From assembly GCA_963710375.1 (NCBI GenBank), contig CAVPZX010000007.1:26986-90985 (forward strand): a stretch of 64,000 bases of DNA. The letters are read 5' to 3'. How positions within the stretch are numbered: position 1 is the stretch's first letter; the number at the start of each line of letters is the position of its first letter. Positions 9,482 through 18,574 of the stretch are shown one piece after another. The position numbers and the translations under genes are program-made. The notes under the pieces are model-generated. The model saw only the letters and a list, made by a program, of their open reading frames with translations, did no database searches and was not told the DNA's origin. The stretch comes from Nitrospirota bacterium. Lineage in GTDB: Bacteria; Nitrospirota; Thermodesulfovibrionia; Thermodesulfovibrionales; Dissulfurispiraceae.

Positions 9482-10189
9482 TTATTTGTAGAATTTCAGC
9501 AACTTCTCAGCTGGGATGCCCATGGAATATAGTGTTATCAGTGCCCAGTTTCTCAATGTACAGTAAATTACACCTTCTTTTTCCCATCTGCGGGGCGAGG
9601 TCCTAACTTTTTCTGAGATAATATAAATTTTGTCCCCCCTTCTTTTTATCCGCCGCATCAGTTCTACATCTTCCATTAATGGTATCTCCTTAAAATCACC
9701 TATCGAATGAAAATAATCCTTACTTATGAATATTGCCTGGTCGCCGTAAGGTGCGCCTGTAAGGCGGGAACGCAGGGAGGCCGCAATTTCGATTAACCTG
9801 AAAATGGGCCTTTTGGATTTTATGCCTAAATCAAAGGCCCCACCCACGAAGTCTCCTTTCCGCATGACCGAGGAGATTTTATTCAGCGCATTTTTCGGCA
9901 GTTCCGTGTCTGCATGCAAAAAAAGCAATATGTCTCCGCGGGCATTAATCGCACCTTGATTCATCTGATGCGCCCGTCCTTTTTTGCCGAGGATTTTTCG
10001 TACTTCACTCTTCTCGATGGCGCTTAGGGTTTCTCCATCAGGACTGCCATCGACGACTATAACTTCCACCTCTCCATCAAATGGCAGGTCAAAAATGCTG
10101 CCGATGGCCTCATTGATCATCGTTTCCTCATGCAGCACAGGAACAATAATCGAGATTCTATAGTTAGTGTGTGCGCTCTGTGGTTTCAT
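9482..10189 (-). CDS. TIGR04283 family GT2 glycosyltransferase
   Basis: ISIIVPVLHE, VVDG, GRAHQMNQGA, LLFLHADT, YGDQAIF, PLMEDVEL and TSPRRW. Confidence 0.9.
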   Translation of the reverse strand: MKPQSAHTNYRISIIVPVLHEETMINEAIGSIFDLPFDGEVEVIVVDGSPDGETLSAIEKSEVRKILGKKGRAHQMNQGAINARGDILLFLHADTELPKNALNKISSVMRKGDFVGGAFDLGIKSKRPIFRLIEIAASLRSRLTGAPYGDQAIFISKDYFHSIGDFKEIPLMEDVELMRRIKRRGDKIYIISEKVRTSPRRWEKEGVIYCTLRNWALITLYSMGIPAEKLLKFYK

Positions 10190-10805
10190 TTTTTCCCTTG
10201 CTTTTTAATAGCAACAACAGATCATCAAAGGTATCGACATCATTTAATACTCTCAGGACATGAACACTGAGGCCGGATTTCCCCAAAACTTTCATTGTTT
10301 GACGAAACACGGAATCAGTGCTCCATTCAATCCCCTGAAAAATATCAGGCAGAAAGGAGGTCTTGTTAAAGCCTATTAAATAATATCCTCCGTCATGAGC
10401 AGGGCCGATTACCGAGTCGCTGGAATCGAGGGCCTTAAACGCTTCATTAATTAATGAAATTGACAGATCGGGAATATCACTGCCGACGAGCAAAACTTTT
10501 TCAATGCCGTCTGAAAAGGCCTGAACAAAAGCACTCCACATTCTTTCGCCGAGATCTCTCCCTTGTTGAGGAGCATAGTAAAACGAATCCCCCAGCCAGC
10601 TTTTGATAATTTCGCCGGATTCGGGCGGATAAAAGCAAAGCCTGAAAAGATAGTTACCGTCCTTCAGGCCTTCCAAAGTGTTGAATGCGAGGCATTTATA
10701 GACATCAAGCGCCGCATCTTCACCAATTGCCTTTGCCAGGCGGGATTTAACTTTTCCCTTTTCAGGTGATTTTATGAATAGCAGGACTGCTGAACGGTCA
10801 GACAT
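10164..10805 (-). CDS. TIGR04282 family (DUF2064, CofC-like) transferase
   Basis: FIKSPEKGKVKSRL, QQGRDLGERM, GSDIP, GPAHDGGYYLIG and DVDTFDDL. Likely start MSDRS at 10805; the track start lies inside a repeat. Confidence 0.9.
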   Translation of the reverse strand: MSDRSAVLLFIKSPEKGKVKSRLAKAIGEDAALDVYKCLAFNTLEGLKDGNYLFRLCFYPPESGEIIKSWLGDSFYYAPQQGRDLGERMWSAFVQAFSDGIEKVLLVGSDIPDLSISLINEAFKALDSSDSVIGPAHDGGYYLIGFNKTSFLPDIFQGIEWSTDSVFRQTMKVLGKSGLSVHVLRVLNDVDTFDDLLLLLKSKGKNETTERTH

Positions 10806-10820
10806 ATTTTCCAAAAAATA

Positions 10821-10894
10821 AACCACAGAGAACACAGAGCTTCTTGGGTTTTTTTTCTGTATCAATAAAGAATCTCTCTGTGAACTCTGCGGTT
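10821..10894. repeat. Palindromic CACAGAG-family element
   Basis: aaccacagagaacacagag ... ctctgtgaactctgcggtt (inverted arms). Confidence 0.8.
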
Positions 10895-10913
10895 AAGTTA
10901 TTTTGAAGCATTT

Positions 10914-11447
10914 TTATTTCTTAAACAGTTTCAGGTACGTTCCATACCCCTCCTTTTCAAGGGCCTCTTTTGGAATGAAACGAAGTGCTGCCGAGTCCAG
11001 GCAGTAACGCTTATGGGTTGGAGGAGGGCCGTCATCAAAAACATGCCCTAGATGCGAGTCAGCGTAAAAGCTCCTCACCTCTTTCCTTTTTGTAAAGAAA
11101 GTCCAGTCGTCTTTATAAACAATATTTCCAGGTTCCAGAGGTTTTGTGAAGCTCGGCCATCCGGTGCCTGAATCATACTTGTCAGTTGAAATGAATAGTG
11201 GTTCGCCCGAGACAATGTCTACATAGATACCCTCCTTTTTGTTGTCCCAATATTCGTTGTGGAACGCAGGCTCGGTGTCATTTTTTTGCGTAACATTGTA
11301 CTGCATCGGCGTCAATATTTTCTTCAGTTCTTCCTGTGAAGGCTTCACGAAACCCTTGTCATTTCTTTCAGTGTCGGCTGCATGAGCGGACTGCATAAAT
11401 ATCACCCCCAATATAATCATTAGGCACGGTATCATTCTACGGAACAT
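10914..11447 (-). CDS. msrB: Exported peptide-methionine (R)-S-oxide reductase
   Basis: Signal peptide, GTGWPSF, HLGHVF and [11 protein letters not shown]; no Zn-binding CxxC pairs. Confidence 0.92.
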   Translation of the reverse strand: MFRRMIPCLMIILGVIFMQSAHAADTERNDKGFVKPSQEELKKILTPMQYNVTQKNDTEPAFHNEYWDNKKEGIYVDIVSGEPLFISTDKYDSGTGWPSFTKPLEPGNIVYKDDWTFFTKRKEVRSFYADSHLGHVFDDGPPPTHKRYCLDSAALRFIPKEALEKEGYGTYLKLFKK

Positions 11448-11517
11448 AATTGTTCAGCCTCCTTTTTGTGCTTCCTATATATAATGATAGCACGGATCTA
11501 CAACAAACTAAAGGGCT

Positions 11518-11565
11518 GTGAATAGTGGATAAAGACAGTGAAAGGTGAATAGTGAATGGTGAAAA
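11518..11565. repeat. Single arm of the GTGAATR 7-mer family
   Basis: gtgaata-gtggata...gtgaaag-gtgaata-gtgaatg-gtgaaaa, the same units as 9385-9412. Confidence 0.75.
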
Positions 11566-11689
11566 AGGAAACGAGCAAAAAAGCAGTGAACTGATTGATT
11601 TGACAACACCGGCTTAATCTGCTATACATTTGTATAACCAGCGCTGATGAATTAACAGGAAGCAGACAAAATACATGGAGGACATGGGC

Positions 11690-12019
11690 ATGAGTTTTAA
11701 CAAATATACTTATTTATTTTTATTTGCTGTCGTTTTTTTATGCGGAGGCTTTATTTATTCTTCAGTATCAGCAGAAGAGCCTAAAGATAAGTCTACTCTT
11801 GAGAAAAACAAAACAGAGATACTTAACGATATCGAGCTATTTGAGCATAGTGCGCACAGTACCAGGAGTTGTGTATCCGAAGCCAAAACCCCTGAGGAAT
11901 TGAGGCGTTGTCCTACAGAGGAATCAATACAGAAATATCAAAGAATTCAGGATGACCTGTTAGAAATAGGGATGACCCCTGATGAAAGAAGAATGTTCGA
12001 ACTAAGACCACAGAGGTGA
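11690..12019 (+). CDS. Secreted hypothetical protein
   Basis: GGAGG 8 nt before ATG 11690, signal peptide, and two Cys in SCVSEAKTPEELRRC. Confidence 0.65.
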   Translation: MSFNKYTYLFLFAVVFLCGGFIYSSVSAEEPKDKSTLEKNKTEILNDIELFEHSAHSTRSCVSEAKTPEELRRCPTEESIQKYQRIQDDLLEIGMTPDERRMFELRPQR

Positions 12020-12099
12020 ACAAAGCTTTTTTTCACACTCCTCAGGAAATTGCACGGCGTAACCTTTTGATTGTTTATATCGACTATATAATTAAAAAA

Positions 12100-12204
12100 T
12101 AAGGCAAAGGTTAAGGTTAAGGTTAAGAATGTAGGCAAGACTTCTTAATATCTTTTTTGCTTTCAGTCCATCTTTCTCAACCTTAACCTTTGCCTCAACC
12201 TGCT
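12100..12204. repeat. Palindromic 6-mer tandem element (GGTTAA family)
   Basis: aaggcaaaggttaaggttaaggttaag ... tctcaaccttaacctttgcctcaacctgct. The right arm is the reverse complement of 28264-28295 with one mismatch. Confidence 0.85.
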
Positions 12205-12220
12205 GTTATAAGGAGAAGTT

Positions 12221-12691
12221 ATGAAAACAAGAATATATTTCACAATATTAGCCCTGGGACTTTTGATGGTCTGTTTTGCGTCAGCCCAGCGGGTCCAGGC
12301 CGCGCTTGGCGGTTCTGTCAACTCGATCGAATCGGACAGAAAAGCAATGTCTGCAGTAAATAGAGGCGTGACAGCCGGCAATGGTTACACGGTCCAGGAG
12401 ATATACTCGCCATCCAACACAGTGCGGGAATACGTTTCGCCATCAGGTATTGTATTCGGAATTGCCTGGAACGGGCTGGTCTACCCTGATGTCACTCAGC
12501 TTTTGGGCTCCTATACAGACGAATATCAGAAAGCCCTGCAGCAGACCCCGCGTCAAAAAGGCAGCAGGCACCTGCGGGTGAAGTCGGCCGGTGCTGTTGT
12601 CGAGCAGTGGGGACATATGAGGGACCTGAGGGGCAGGGCCTATGCCCCGGCCTTGATCCCGCCTGGCGTGAGCATTGATGAAATCAAGTAG
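12221..12691 (+). CDS. DUF2844 family secreted protein
   Basis: Signal peptide, AALGG, VREYVSPSGIVFGIAWNG, LLGSY, GHMR and GRAYAPALIPPGV; adjacent to DUF3443. Confidence 0.88.
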   Translation: MKTRIYFTILALGLLMVCFASAQRVQAALGGSVNSIESDRKAMSAVNRGVTAGNGYTVQEIYSPSNTVREYVSPSGIVFGIAWNGLVYPDVTQLLGSYTDEYQKALQQTPRQKGSRHLRVKSAGAVVEQWGHMRDLRGRAYAPALIPPGVSIDEIK

Positions 12692-13898
12692 CATAATGTT
12701 TGTCCTTTTTGTTTTTTTTCTTTTGCCTGGTTGCGGAGGGGGAGGCAGCAGTAGCAGCACCAGCAGTCAAACAGCTAACGTACTTGCTCTCACTGTCAAC
12801 GGATCGACATGCGACTCGTCCATCGGCCCTTATATGAACGAACCATGCGTAAGTGTTACGGTTTGCACCCCCAACACCTCAACCTGTGTGACAATCAATG
12901 GCATTTTACTGGATACGGGAAGCTACGGACTCAGAATTTTTAAACAGGCACTGGGCAGCGTTTCTCTTACGCAATTGGCATCAGGTTCAGGTTCTCTTGC
13001 AGAGTGCGTTCAATACGCAGACGGCACGGCTGACTGGGGACCTGTTCAGACTGCGAGTGTCGTTCTGGGGAACGAGTCCGCTGTGCAGGTTCCAATCCAG
13101 GTAATAGACTACAAGTTTCCTACTGTCGCAGTTGCTGACAGTGTATGCCCGGGTTCAGACCAAACTCCGTCTGACACCGGATTCAACGGAATCCTCGGGG
13201 TTGGCCCCTTTGACCAGGACTGTGGTTCGACATGTGTAAATTCCAGTGTTGGGCAGTATTACACATGCAGCGGGTCCCAGTGCAGCGGAACTACGGTACT
13301 TCTCAGCAATCAGGTTTCGAACCCGGTGGCTGCTCTTCCCACTGACAACAATGGGTTGATAGTGGAACTCCCCACTGTTGCTGCCGGCGGTGCTGCTTCG
13401 GTGACCGGCTCTCTTGTGCTCGGGATTGGCACAGAATCTAATAATTCGTCTGCCGGGGTTACTGTGTATACAGTCGATCAGAATGATGAATTTGCCACAA
13501 CCTTTAGCGGGGTCACTTATGCCGATGTGCCTCCCAACTATAGCGGCAGTTTTATCGACACCGGTTCGAACGGGCTTTATTTCCCTTCTCCTACCTCAGG
13601 CACTTACAATGGCGAGCTGCCGGACTGTGGCGGCGTTAATTCCGGCTTTTTCTGCCCCTCGTCAACAACGAACTTTTCCGCCACTATTACTGGAGCCTCC
13701 GGCTCTCCGACTGGTACTGTCCCGTTCTCGATAGGCAACTTTAACACCCTCGCAAAGTCGGGCAATAACGTGTTCAGCGATATCGGCGCCAATAGTCCCG
13801 GTTTCGACTGGGGGCTTCCGTTCTACTTTGGACGAAACGTGTTTATCGGGTTTGAGAACCCGTCCAACCCTGGCACAGGTCAATATTTCGCGTATTAA
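12678..13898 (+). CDS. DUF3443 family lipoprotein, pepsin-like aspartic protease motifs
   Basis: Lipobox LPGC, Gly/Ser linker, ILLDTGSYGLR, NGILGVG, FIDTGSNG and FDWGLPFYFGRNVF. Confidence 0.88.
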   Translation: MKSSSIMFVLFVFFLLPGCGGGGSSSSTSSQTANVLALTVNGSTCDSSIGPYMNEPCVSVTVCTPNTSTCVTINGILLDTGSYGLRIFKQALGSVSLTQLASGSGSLAECVQYADGTADWGPVQTASVVLGNESAVQVPIQVIDYKFPTVAVADSVCPGSDQTPSDTGFNGILGVGPFDQDCGSTCVNSSVGQYYTCSGSQCSGTTVLLSNQVSNPVAALPTDNNGLIVELPTVAAGGAASVTGSLVLGIGTESNNSSAGVTVYTVDQNDEFATTFSGVTYADVPPNYSGSFIDTGSNGLYFPSPTSGTYNGELPDCGGVNSGFFCPSSTTNFSATITGASGSPTGTVPFSIGNFNTLAKSGNNVFSDIGANSPGFDWGLPFYFGRNVFIGFENPSNPGTGQYFAY

Positions 13899-14246
13899 GC
13901 ATCTTGGCAGCGATTATTATCGTCAGGAAATGCGCGGTGCATATGAGAGTCCTCCTATTTCAAATGCATCCCCTGGATTAAGAAGCCCTGCGGTGCCGGG
14001 AAAGAATTACCATGAGCGGAAAAAATATCACTATGCGAACATTTCACCTCGAAAATACAATTGCAAACCGCAAAGTGAAAAGAGAGACTTCCATCAACAA
14101 ATAAAAACCTGATATTCCAGATAGTTATCTGTGCCATGGCTCAAAAACCCTACCTTTGGCTGTGGTTAACTATAGTACTTAATATTTGGTATGTTTTTTG
14201 CTAGATAAATATAAGGTGACAGCAATTAAATGAAAAGGGGTCACAT

Positions 14247-15026
14247 ATGGGATTTAACACGATAATAAGAGACCTTGCGAAATACCTGAATCGGATGGTA
14301 CTCCTGAACATGCTCTTTCTTGGGCTGACCATCTCGGTTGTCTTTATAGCCCTTGGAGCAGAAAAATTATCAGTAGCGCTGATCACTTCATCAGGAGGAT
14401 TTATTATCTGCATTGCCAATTTACTCTTTATAAACCGATATTTTGTGCGTAAAACCGAATCTTCCCTTACAACGTCTTACGACTCGCTCCAGAATGATTA
14501 TCTTTATGATGACCTCACAAAGGCTTATAACCGGCGTGCAGGCCTGGTCCGTCTAAATGAGGAATTCGCGCGCGCAAGGAGAAATTGCTCAACTCTGTCG
14601 GTCGCCATGGTCGATGCCGACCATTTCAAAAACATTAACGATACTTATGGCCATCTGGTAGGCGACAAGGCTTTGATCCACTTAGCATCCATGTTGAGAT
14701 CAGGGCTTCGGGAATGCGACATCCTTGTAAGATATGGGGGAGAAGAGTTCCTGGTCCTTCTTCCTGATACGAGCTGCAGACAGGCTGCCCTGCCTCTTGA
14801 CCGGCTCCGCTACAGGCTTGCCGAACAGAAGTTTTTTAATGACAACGCCGAAATAAGGTTATCCATCAGCATAGGCATTGCCACTTTATCTGCTCTCGAT
14901 AACAATCCGATGGACGTGATTGAGCGCGCAGATAAAGCCCTTTATTCAGCCAAGAGATCGGGTCGCAACAGGGTTGTATACGACTGTCAAATGCCTGGAT
15001 TCAGTCCGGCGTTAAGCAATGCGTAA
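14247..15026 (+). CDS. Membrane-anchored diguanylate cyclase (GGDEF)
   Basis: Two TM helices, DADHFKNINDTYGH, RECD I-site and RYGGEEF. Confidence 0.92.
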   Translation: MGFNTIIRDLAKYLNRMVLLNMLFLGLTISVVFIALGAEKLSVALITSSGGFIICIANLLFINRYFVRKTESSLTTSYDSLQNDYLYDDLTKAYNRRAGLVRLNEEFARARRNCSTLSVAMVDADHFKNINDTYGHLVGDKALIHLASMLRSGLRECDILVRYGGEEFLVLLPDTSCRQAALPLDRLRYRLAEQKFFNDNAEIRLSISIGIATLSALDNNPMDVIERADKALYSAKRSGRNRVVYDCQMPGFSPALSNA

Positions 15027-15120
15027 TTACTCGATAACTCCACATCGCTCCTGACATAGATCATTAATTCTTCTTGTCCCAAACAATACAATCAATCCTG
15101 TACTGTCTGAATTGAAGATG

Positions 15121-15154
15121 AATACTTGACAAAATCAGTAGGCCATTATAGCAT
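15121..15154 (+). promoter_or_regulatory. Sigma70 promoter overlapped by an IscR type-1-like operator
   Basis: ATACTTGACAAAATCAGTAGGCCAT resembles IscR type-1 boxes; TTGACA(15126)-17-TAGCAT(15149). Confidence 0.7.
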
Positions 15155-15160
15155 ATTTAC

Positions 15161-15628
15161 ATGCTGCGATTATCGACAAAAGGACAGTATGGAGTCAGGG
15201 CTATGTATGAAATAGCGCGTGGATACCCTGATAAGCCGGTCACTATAAAAGAGATATCCGATGAACAGGCTGTCTCTGTCCCCTATCTTGAGCAGATATT
15301 GAACAAGCTCAGGAAAGCAGGATTGATCAGGAGCGTAAAAGGGCCGGGCGGAGGTTATCTTTTAAACAAAGGGCCGGAAGAAATAAGCATTGCATCTATC
15401 GTGAGCGAGCTTGAAGGACCTGTTGCGATTACATCTTGTCTTAATCCTGAAGAAGGGTGCATAAGGGTTGACAACTGTGTTACTCACCTGCTGTGGAAGG
15501 CGCTTGGTGAACAAATAGAAGCTTTTCTGGAAACAATAACATTACAAAACCTGATGTCAGGTGATGTTTATACTATCAAAAAGAAAATTCGGGTTAATGC
15601 AGGCAAGATGCCCAGGGCGACGATATGA
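15161..15628 (+). CDS. iscR: Rrf2 family Fe-S cluster regulator IscR
   Basis: LSTKGQYGVRAM, YLEQIL, GPGGGY and the three-Cys plus His ligand set C-x6-C-x5-C-xx-H-xx-W. Confidence 0.85.
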   Translation: MLRLSTKGQYGVRAMYEIARGYPDKPVTIKEISDEQAVSVPYLEQILNKLRKAGLIRSVKGPGGGYLLNKGPEEISIASIVSELEGPVAITSCLNPEEGCIRVDNCVTHLLWKALGEQIEAFLETITLQNLMSGDVYTIKKKIRVNAGKMPRATI

Positions 15629-15915
15629 AGTTTGTTCACGGAGTCAAGGCGGATATTACTGCTGATATCGTATACATGATGTGCCCGATGCATCTCCTTA
15701 AACTCGAAGAGATGATCAGAGGGCTTGACGAGGGCCAGGTGCTTGAGATACTTACCGACTATGATGGCGCGCTGGAGGATATCCCTCAATGGTGCGATCG
15801 TACAGGAAACGAATTTATCGGACTGGATGAGGATGAGGACTATTACAGATTTTATATAAAGAAAAAAAGCAAGGACGCAGGTGATGGGAAAGAAAAAAAG
15901 GAGAACATATCATGA
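15625..15915 (+). CDS. TusA family sulfurtransferase
   Basis: MMCPMH, GQVLEILTD and DIPQWC; ATGA-coupled to both iscR and iscS. Confidence 0.85.
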   Translation: MKFVHGVKADITADIVYMMCPMHLLKLEEMIRGLDEGQVLEILTDYDGALEDIPQWCDRTGNEFIGLDEDEDYYRFYIKKKSKDAGDGKEKKENIS

Positions 15916-17111
15916 GAAGGTGTTATTTTGATCATGTTGCCACAAATCCGTTGCATCCGGAAGTGCTTGATGCAATGATGCCTTATTTCAAAGACGATTT
16001 TGGAAACCCTTTGAGTGTTTATGACCTTGGTATGTCTGCTCGGGACGCCATAGAAAAGGCCCGGCAACAGGTGGCGGGCCTGATAAATGCAAAACCTCCC
16101 ACAGTGGTCTTTACCTCAAGCGGCGCAGAAGCCAATAATTTTGCACTCAGGGGAATTGCCTTTGCCAGCCAGAACAAGGGCAAACATGTAATAGTTTCAA
16201 AGGTCGAGCACCACTCAATTCTTAATGCGGCGCGCTTTCTCGAAAAAAACGGTTTTGTCGTTACTTATTTGCCGGTCGATAAACATGGCATTGTCGATCC
16301 CGAAACGGTAAAAAAATCACTTAGCAAGGAGACTGTTCTTATTTCAGTGACTCACGCGAGCAGCGAGATCGGCAGCATAGAGCCCATTCGTGAGATAGCA
16401 AAGGTTGCGAAAGAGAGGGGCATAGTCATGCATGCTGACGGCGTTGCAACGTCCGGAAATATTCCTGTTGACGTTAAGGAGCTTGGCGTGGATCTTCTCA
16501 GCATGGCTGCGCACCAGTTCTACGGTCCTAAAGGCGCCGGTGCTCTTTATGTAAGGGAGGGTTTGCGAATTGCGCCGCTGATTTACGGCGGAATTCAGGA
16601 AGGCGGCAGAAGGGCGGGCACCGAGAATGTGCCTGCGATAGTGGGTATGGGTAAGGCTGCCGAGATGGCGGTGCAGGAAATGCCTGGCAGAATGGAGCAC
16701 TGCAGGCAACTGAGGGATGCTTTGATCGGGGGTGTGCTGAAGTTGCCGAACGTGTATCTTACAGGGCATAACGAAGTCAGGCTTCCGCACCATGCTAGCT
16801 TTGTTGTTGAATTTATTGAGGGTGAATCCATGATCCTGATGCTGTCGATGAAGGGAATATTGTCTGCAAGCGGCTCTGCATGCTCTTCCAGGGCGTTGAA
16901 GTCCTCGCCTGTTTTGCTCTCGCTTGGCATCCCATCAGCGCTTGCACAAGGGTCTATCGTCTTCAGCCTCGGCATGGACAACTCTATGGAGGATATAAAT
17001 TACTTCCTTGAGGAATTTCCTCAGGTGGTCAAAAAATTGCGTGACATGTCTCCTTTCTCAAAAGGATGGGGCTCAGATAGCCAGGGAGAGGCGTGTTACA
17101 CAGGAGGTTAG
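15912..17111 (+). CDS. iscS: Cysteine desulfurase
   Basis: YFDHVAT, FGNP, EHHS, HQFYGPKG, RAGTEN and SGSACSS. The usual PLP lysine of HKFYGPKG reads Q here (CAG). Confidence 0.88.
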   Translation: MRRCYFDHVATNPLHPEVLDAMMPYFKDDFGNPLSVYDLGMSARDAIEKARQQVAGLINAKPPTVVFTSSGAEANNFALRGIAFASQNKGKHVIVSKVEHHSILNAARFLEKNGFVVTYLPVDKHGIVDPETVKKSLSKETVLISVTHASSEIGSIEPIREIAKVAKERGIVMHADGVATSGNIPVDVKELGVDLLSMAAHQFYGPKGAGALYVREGLRIAPLIYGGIQEGGRRAGTENVPAIVGMGKAAEMAVQEMPGRMEHCRQLRDALIGGVLKLPNVYLTGHNEVRLPHHASFVVEFIEGESMILMLSMKGILSASGSACSSRALKSSPVLLSLGIPSALAQGSIVFSLGMDNSMEDINYFLEEFPQVVKKLRDMSPFSKGWGSDSQGEACYTGG

Positions 17112-17114
17112 ACT

Positions 17115-17486
17115 ATGTATTCTCAAAAAGTGATGGACCATTTTATGAATCCGAGGAACGTGGGTGAGATTCCGAATGCTGACGGTGTTGGCATGGAGGG
17201 GAACCCTGTATGCGGGGACTCCATGCAGATTTTCATAAAAGTCGAAAATGACCGCATTATTGATGCTAAATTCAGGACATTCGGGTGTGGTTCGGCCATA
17301 GCCGTCAGCAGTATGATTACGGAGCTGGTGAAGGGGAAGACACTTGACGAGGCGCTGAGCATCTCAAAAGAGACCGTTGCCGAGGAACTGGGAGGACTGC
17401 CGCCGCAAAAGATGCATTGCTCAAATCTCGGTGCAGATGCCTTGAAAAAGGCGATAGAGGACTACAGGAGCAAGAAAAAATCTTGA
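17115..17486 (+). CDS. iscU: Fe-S cluster scaffold protein IscU/NifU-N
   Basis: DHFMNPRNVG, GNPVCGD, FGCGSAIA and LPPQKMHCS. Confidence 0.93.
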   Translation: MYSQKVMDHFMNPRNVGEIPNADGVGMEGNPVCGDSMQIFIKVENDRIIDAKFRTFGCGSAIAVSSMITELVKGKTLDEALSISKETVAEELGGLPPQKMHCSNLGADALKKAIEDYRSKKKS

Positions 17487-17511
17487 CAAAATTACTGTTT
17501 ACTTCTAAAAT
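17483..17511 (+). promoter_or_regulatory. Sigma70 promoter of the romR-like gene
   Basis: TTGACA-17 nt-TAAAAT, overlapping the iscU stop codon. Confidence 0.7.
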
Positions 17512-17574
17512 CTGTGGACTGTTGCTGCAAGGGTATTACAGTTGGGTTGACTGCGTTTCTGGAGGAAACAGATC

Positions 17575-18507
17575 ATGATACCATCTAAGCTGCTTTTGGC
17601 TGATGACAGCCTTACCATTCAGAAGGTTGTTGAGTTGGTACTTGCTGATGAGCATTTTGAAATAAAGACGTGCAACGATGGAGAACAGGCCCTTGCCGCG
17701 ATTGAATCATTCGGCCCCAATATAGTGCTTGCGGACATTGAAATGCCCAAATTGAACGGCTATCAACTCTGTGAAAAAATCAAGAAGAATTCTGCGACTG
17801 CTCATCTGCCGGTCATCCTTCTTGCAGGCGCGTTTGAACCCTTTGATGAAAATTATGCAAAATCGGTCGGAGCAGACGATTACATTATAAAACCTTTTGA
17901 ATCCCAGGAATTAATCAGCAAGGTCAAATCTCTTCTTATCAACGCCGGACCGGCACTTGCCGGGGCGCCTGAAGCCTTTGCTGTTCAGCAGGAAGTAGCA
18001 CAACCTTCTTTCGTTGAAGAGCCCACATGGGACGAGGCGATGCCGGTTGTGGGAGAGGAAAAAAGCGAAGATAAAGAGATAGCTGATATTGGATATGAGG
18101 CAAAGGAGACCTTTGCATCAACGGGTAAGGGTTTTGAAGAGGAGATGGCGGAGGCATTAAAAGAGGAGACGCCTCAGGCGTCCGGTATCAGCGGGAATAT
18201 CGATGCACTTGCCTTACCTTCTAAAGAAGAAATCCTCGAGATCGTGAGTCGGTCTGTTGAGAAGAGGATCTCGGATATCATTGACAGTGACAGTATCTCG
18301 GCGCTTTCTGCTGCAATGAAAGAGGTGGTTTCCGCGACTTTGGCGCAAGATGCGCCAAAGATCATCGAGGATGTGACAAAAGAACTTGTAATGGAAATGA
18401 TGCAATCTCTGCGCGGTGAAATTATGGCGGTGATCGAAAGGGTTGTTCCTGAAGTGGCGGAGACGGTCATAAAAAGAGAGATTGAAAAAATTACTGCAGA
18501 GCACTGA
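17575..18507 (+). CDS. romR: RomR-like polarity response regulator
   Basis: Receiver domain (LLADDSLTIQKVV), acidic Pro/Glu linker, C-terminal helix IERVVPEVAETVIKREIEKI, and position directly upstream of valS. Confidence 0.7.
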   Translation: MIPSKLLLADDSLTIQKVVELVLADEHFEIKTCNDGEQALAAIESFGPNIVLADIEMPKLNGYQLCEKIKKNSATAHLPVILLAGAFEPFDENYAKSVGADDYIIKPFESQELISKVKSLLINAGPALAGAPEAFAVQQEVAQPSFVEEPTWDEAMPVVGEEKSEDKEIADIGYEAKETFASTGKGFEEEMAEALKEETPQASGISGNIDALALPSKEEILEIVSRSVEKRISDIIDSDSISALSAAMKEVVSATLAQDAPKIIEDVTKELVMEMMQSLRGEIMAVIERVVPEVAETVIKREIEKITAEH

Positions 18508-18574
18508 AAAATTGTTTTGTAAAATTCCCTGCGCCCTTAGCTTGTAGTCAAATAGTATCTATTAACGTGTAACA

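Noticed and set aside
10806..10865. N-terminal extensions in track ORFs (10865, 21524, 21961, 23840, 24603, 46937, 48435, 55354)
   Set aside because: Downstream starts fit SD position or family N-termini better; the extensions run through repeats or neighbouring genes.
13899..14246. c-di-GMP riboswitch or small ORFs upstream of the GGDEF gene
   Set aside because: A GCAAAC...GAAA-like stretch exists, but I could not build the paired stems. ORFs 13828-14112 and 13955-14137 lack coding features. An Rfam scan would settle it.
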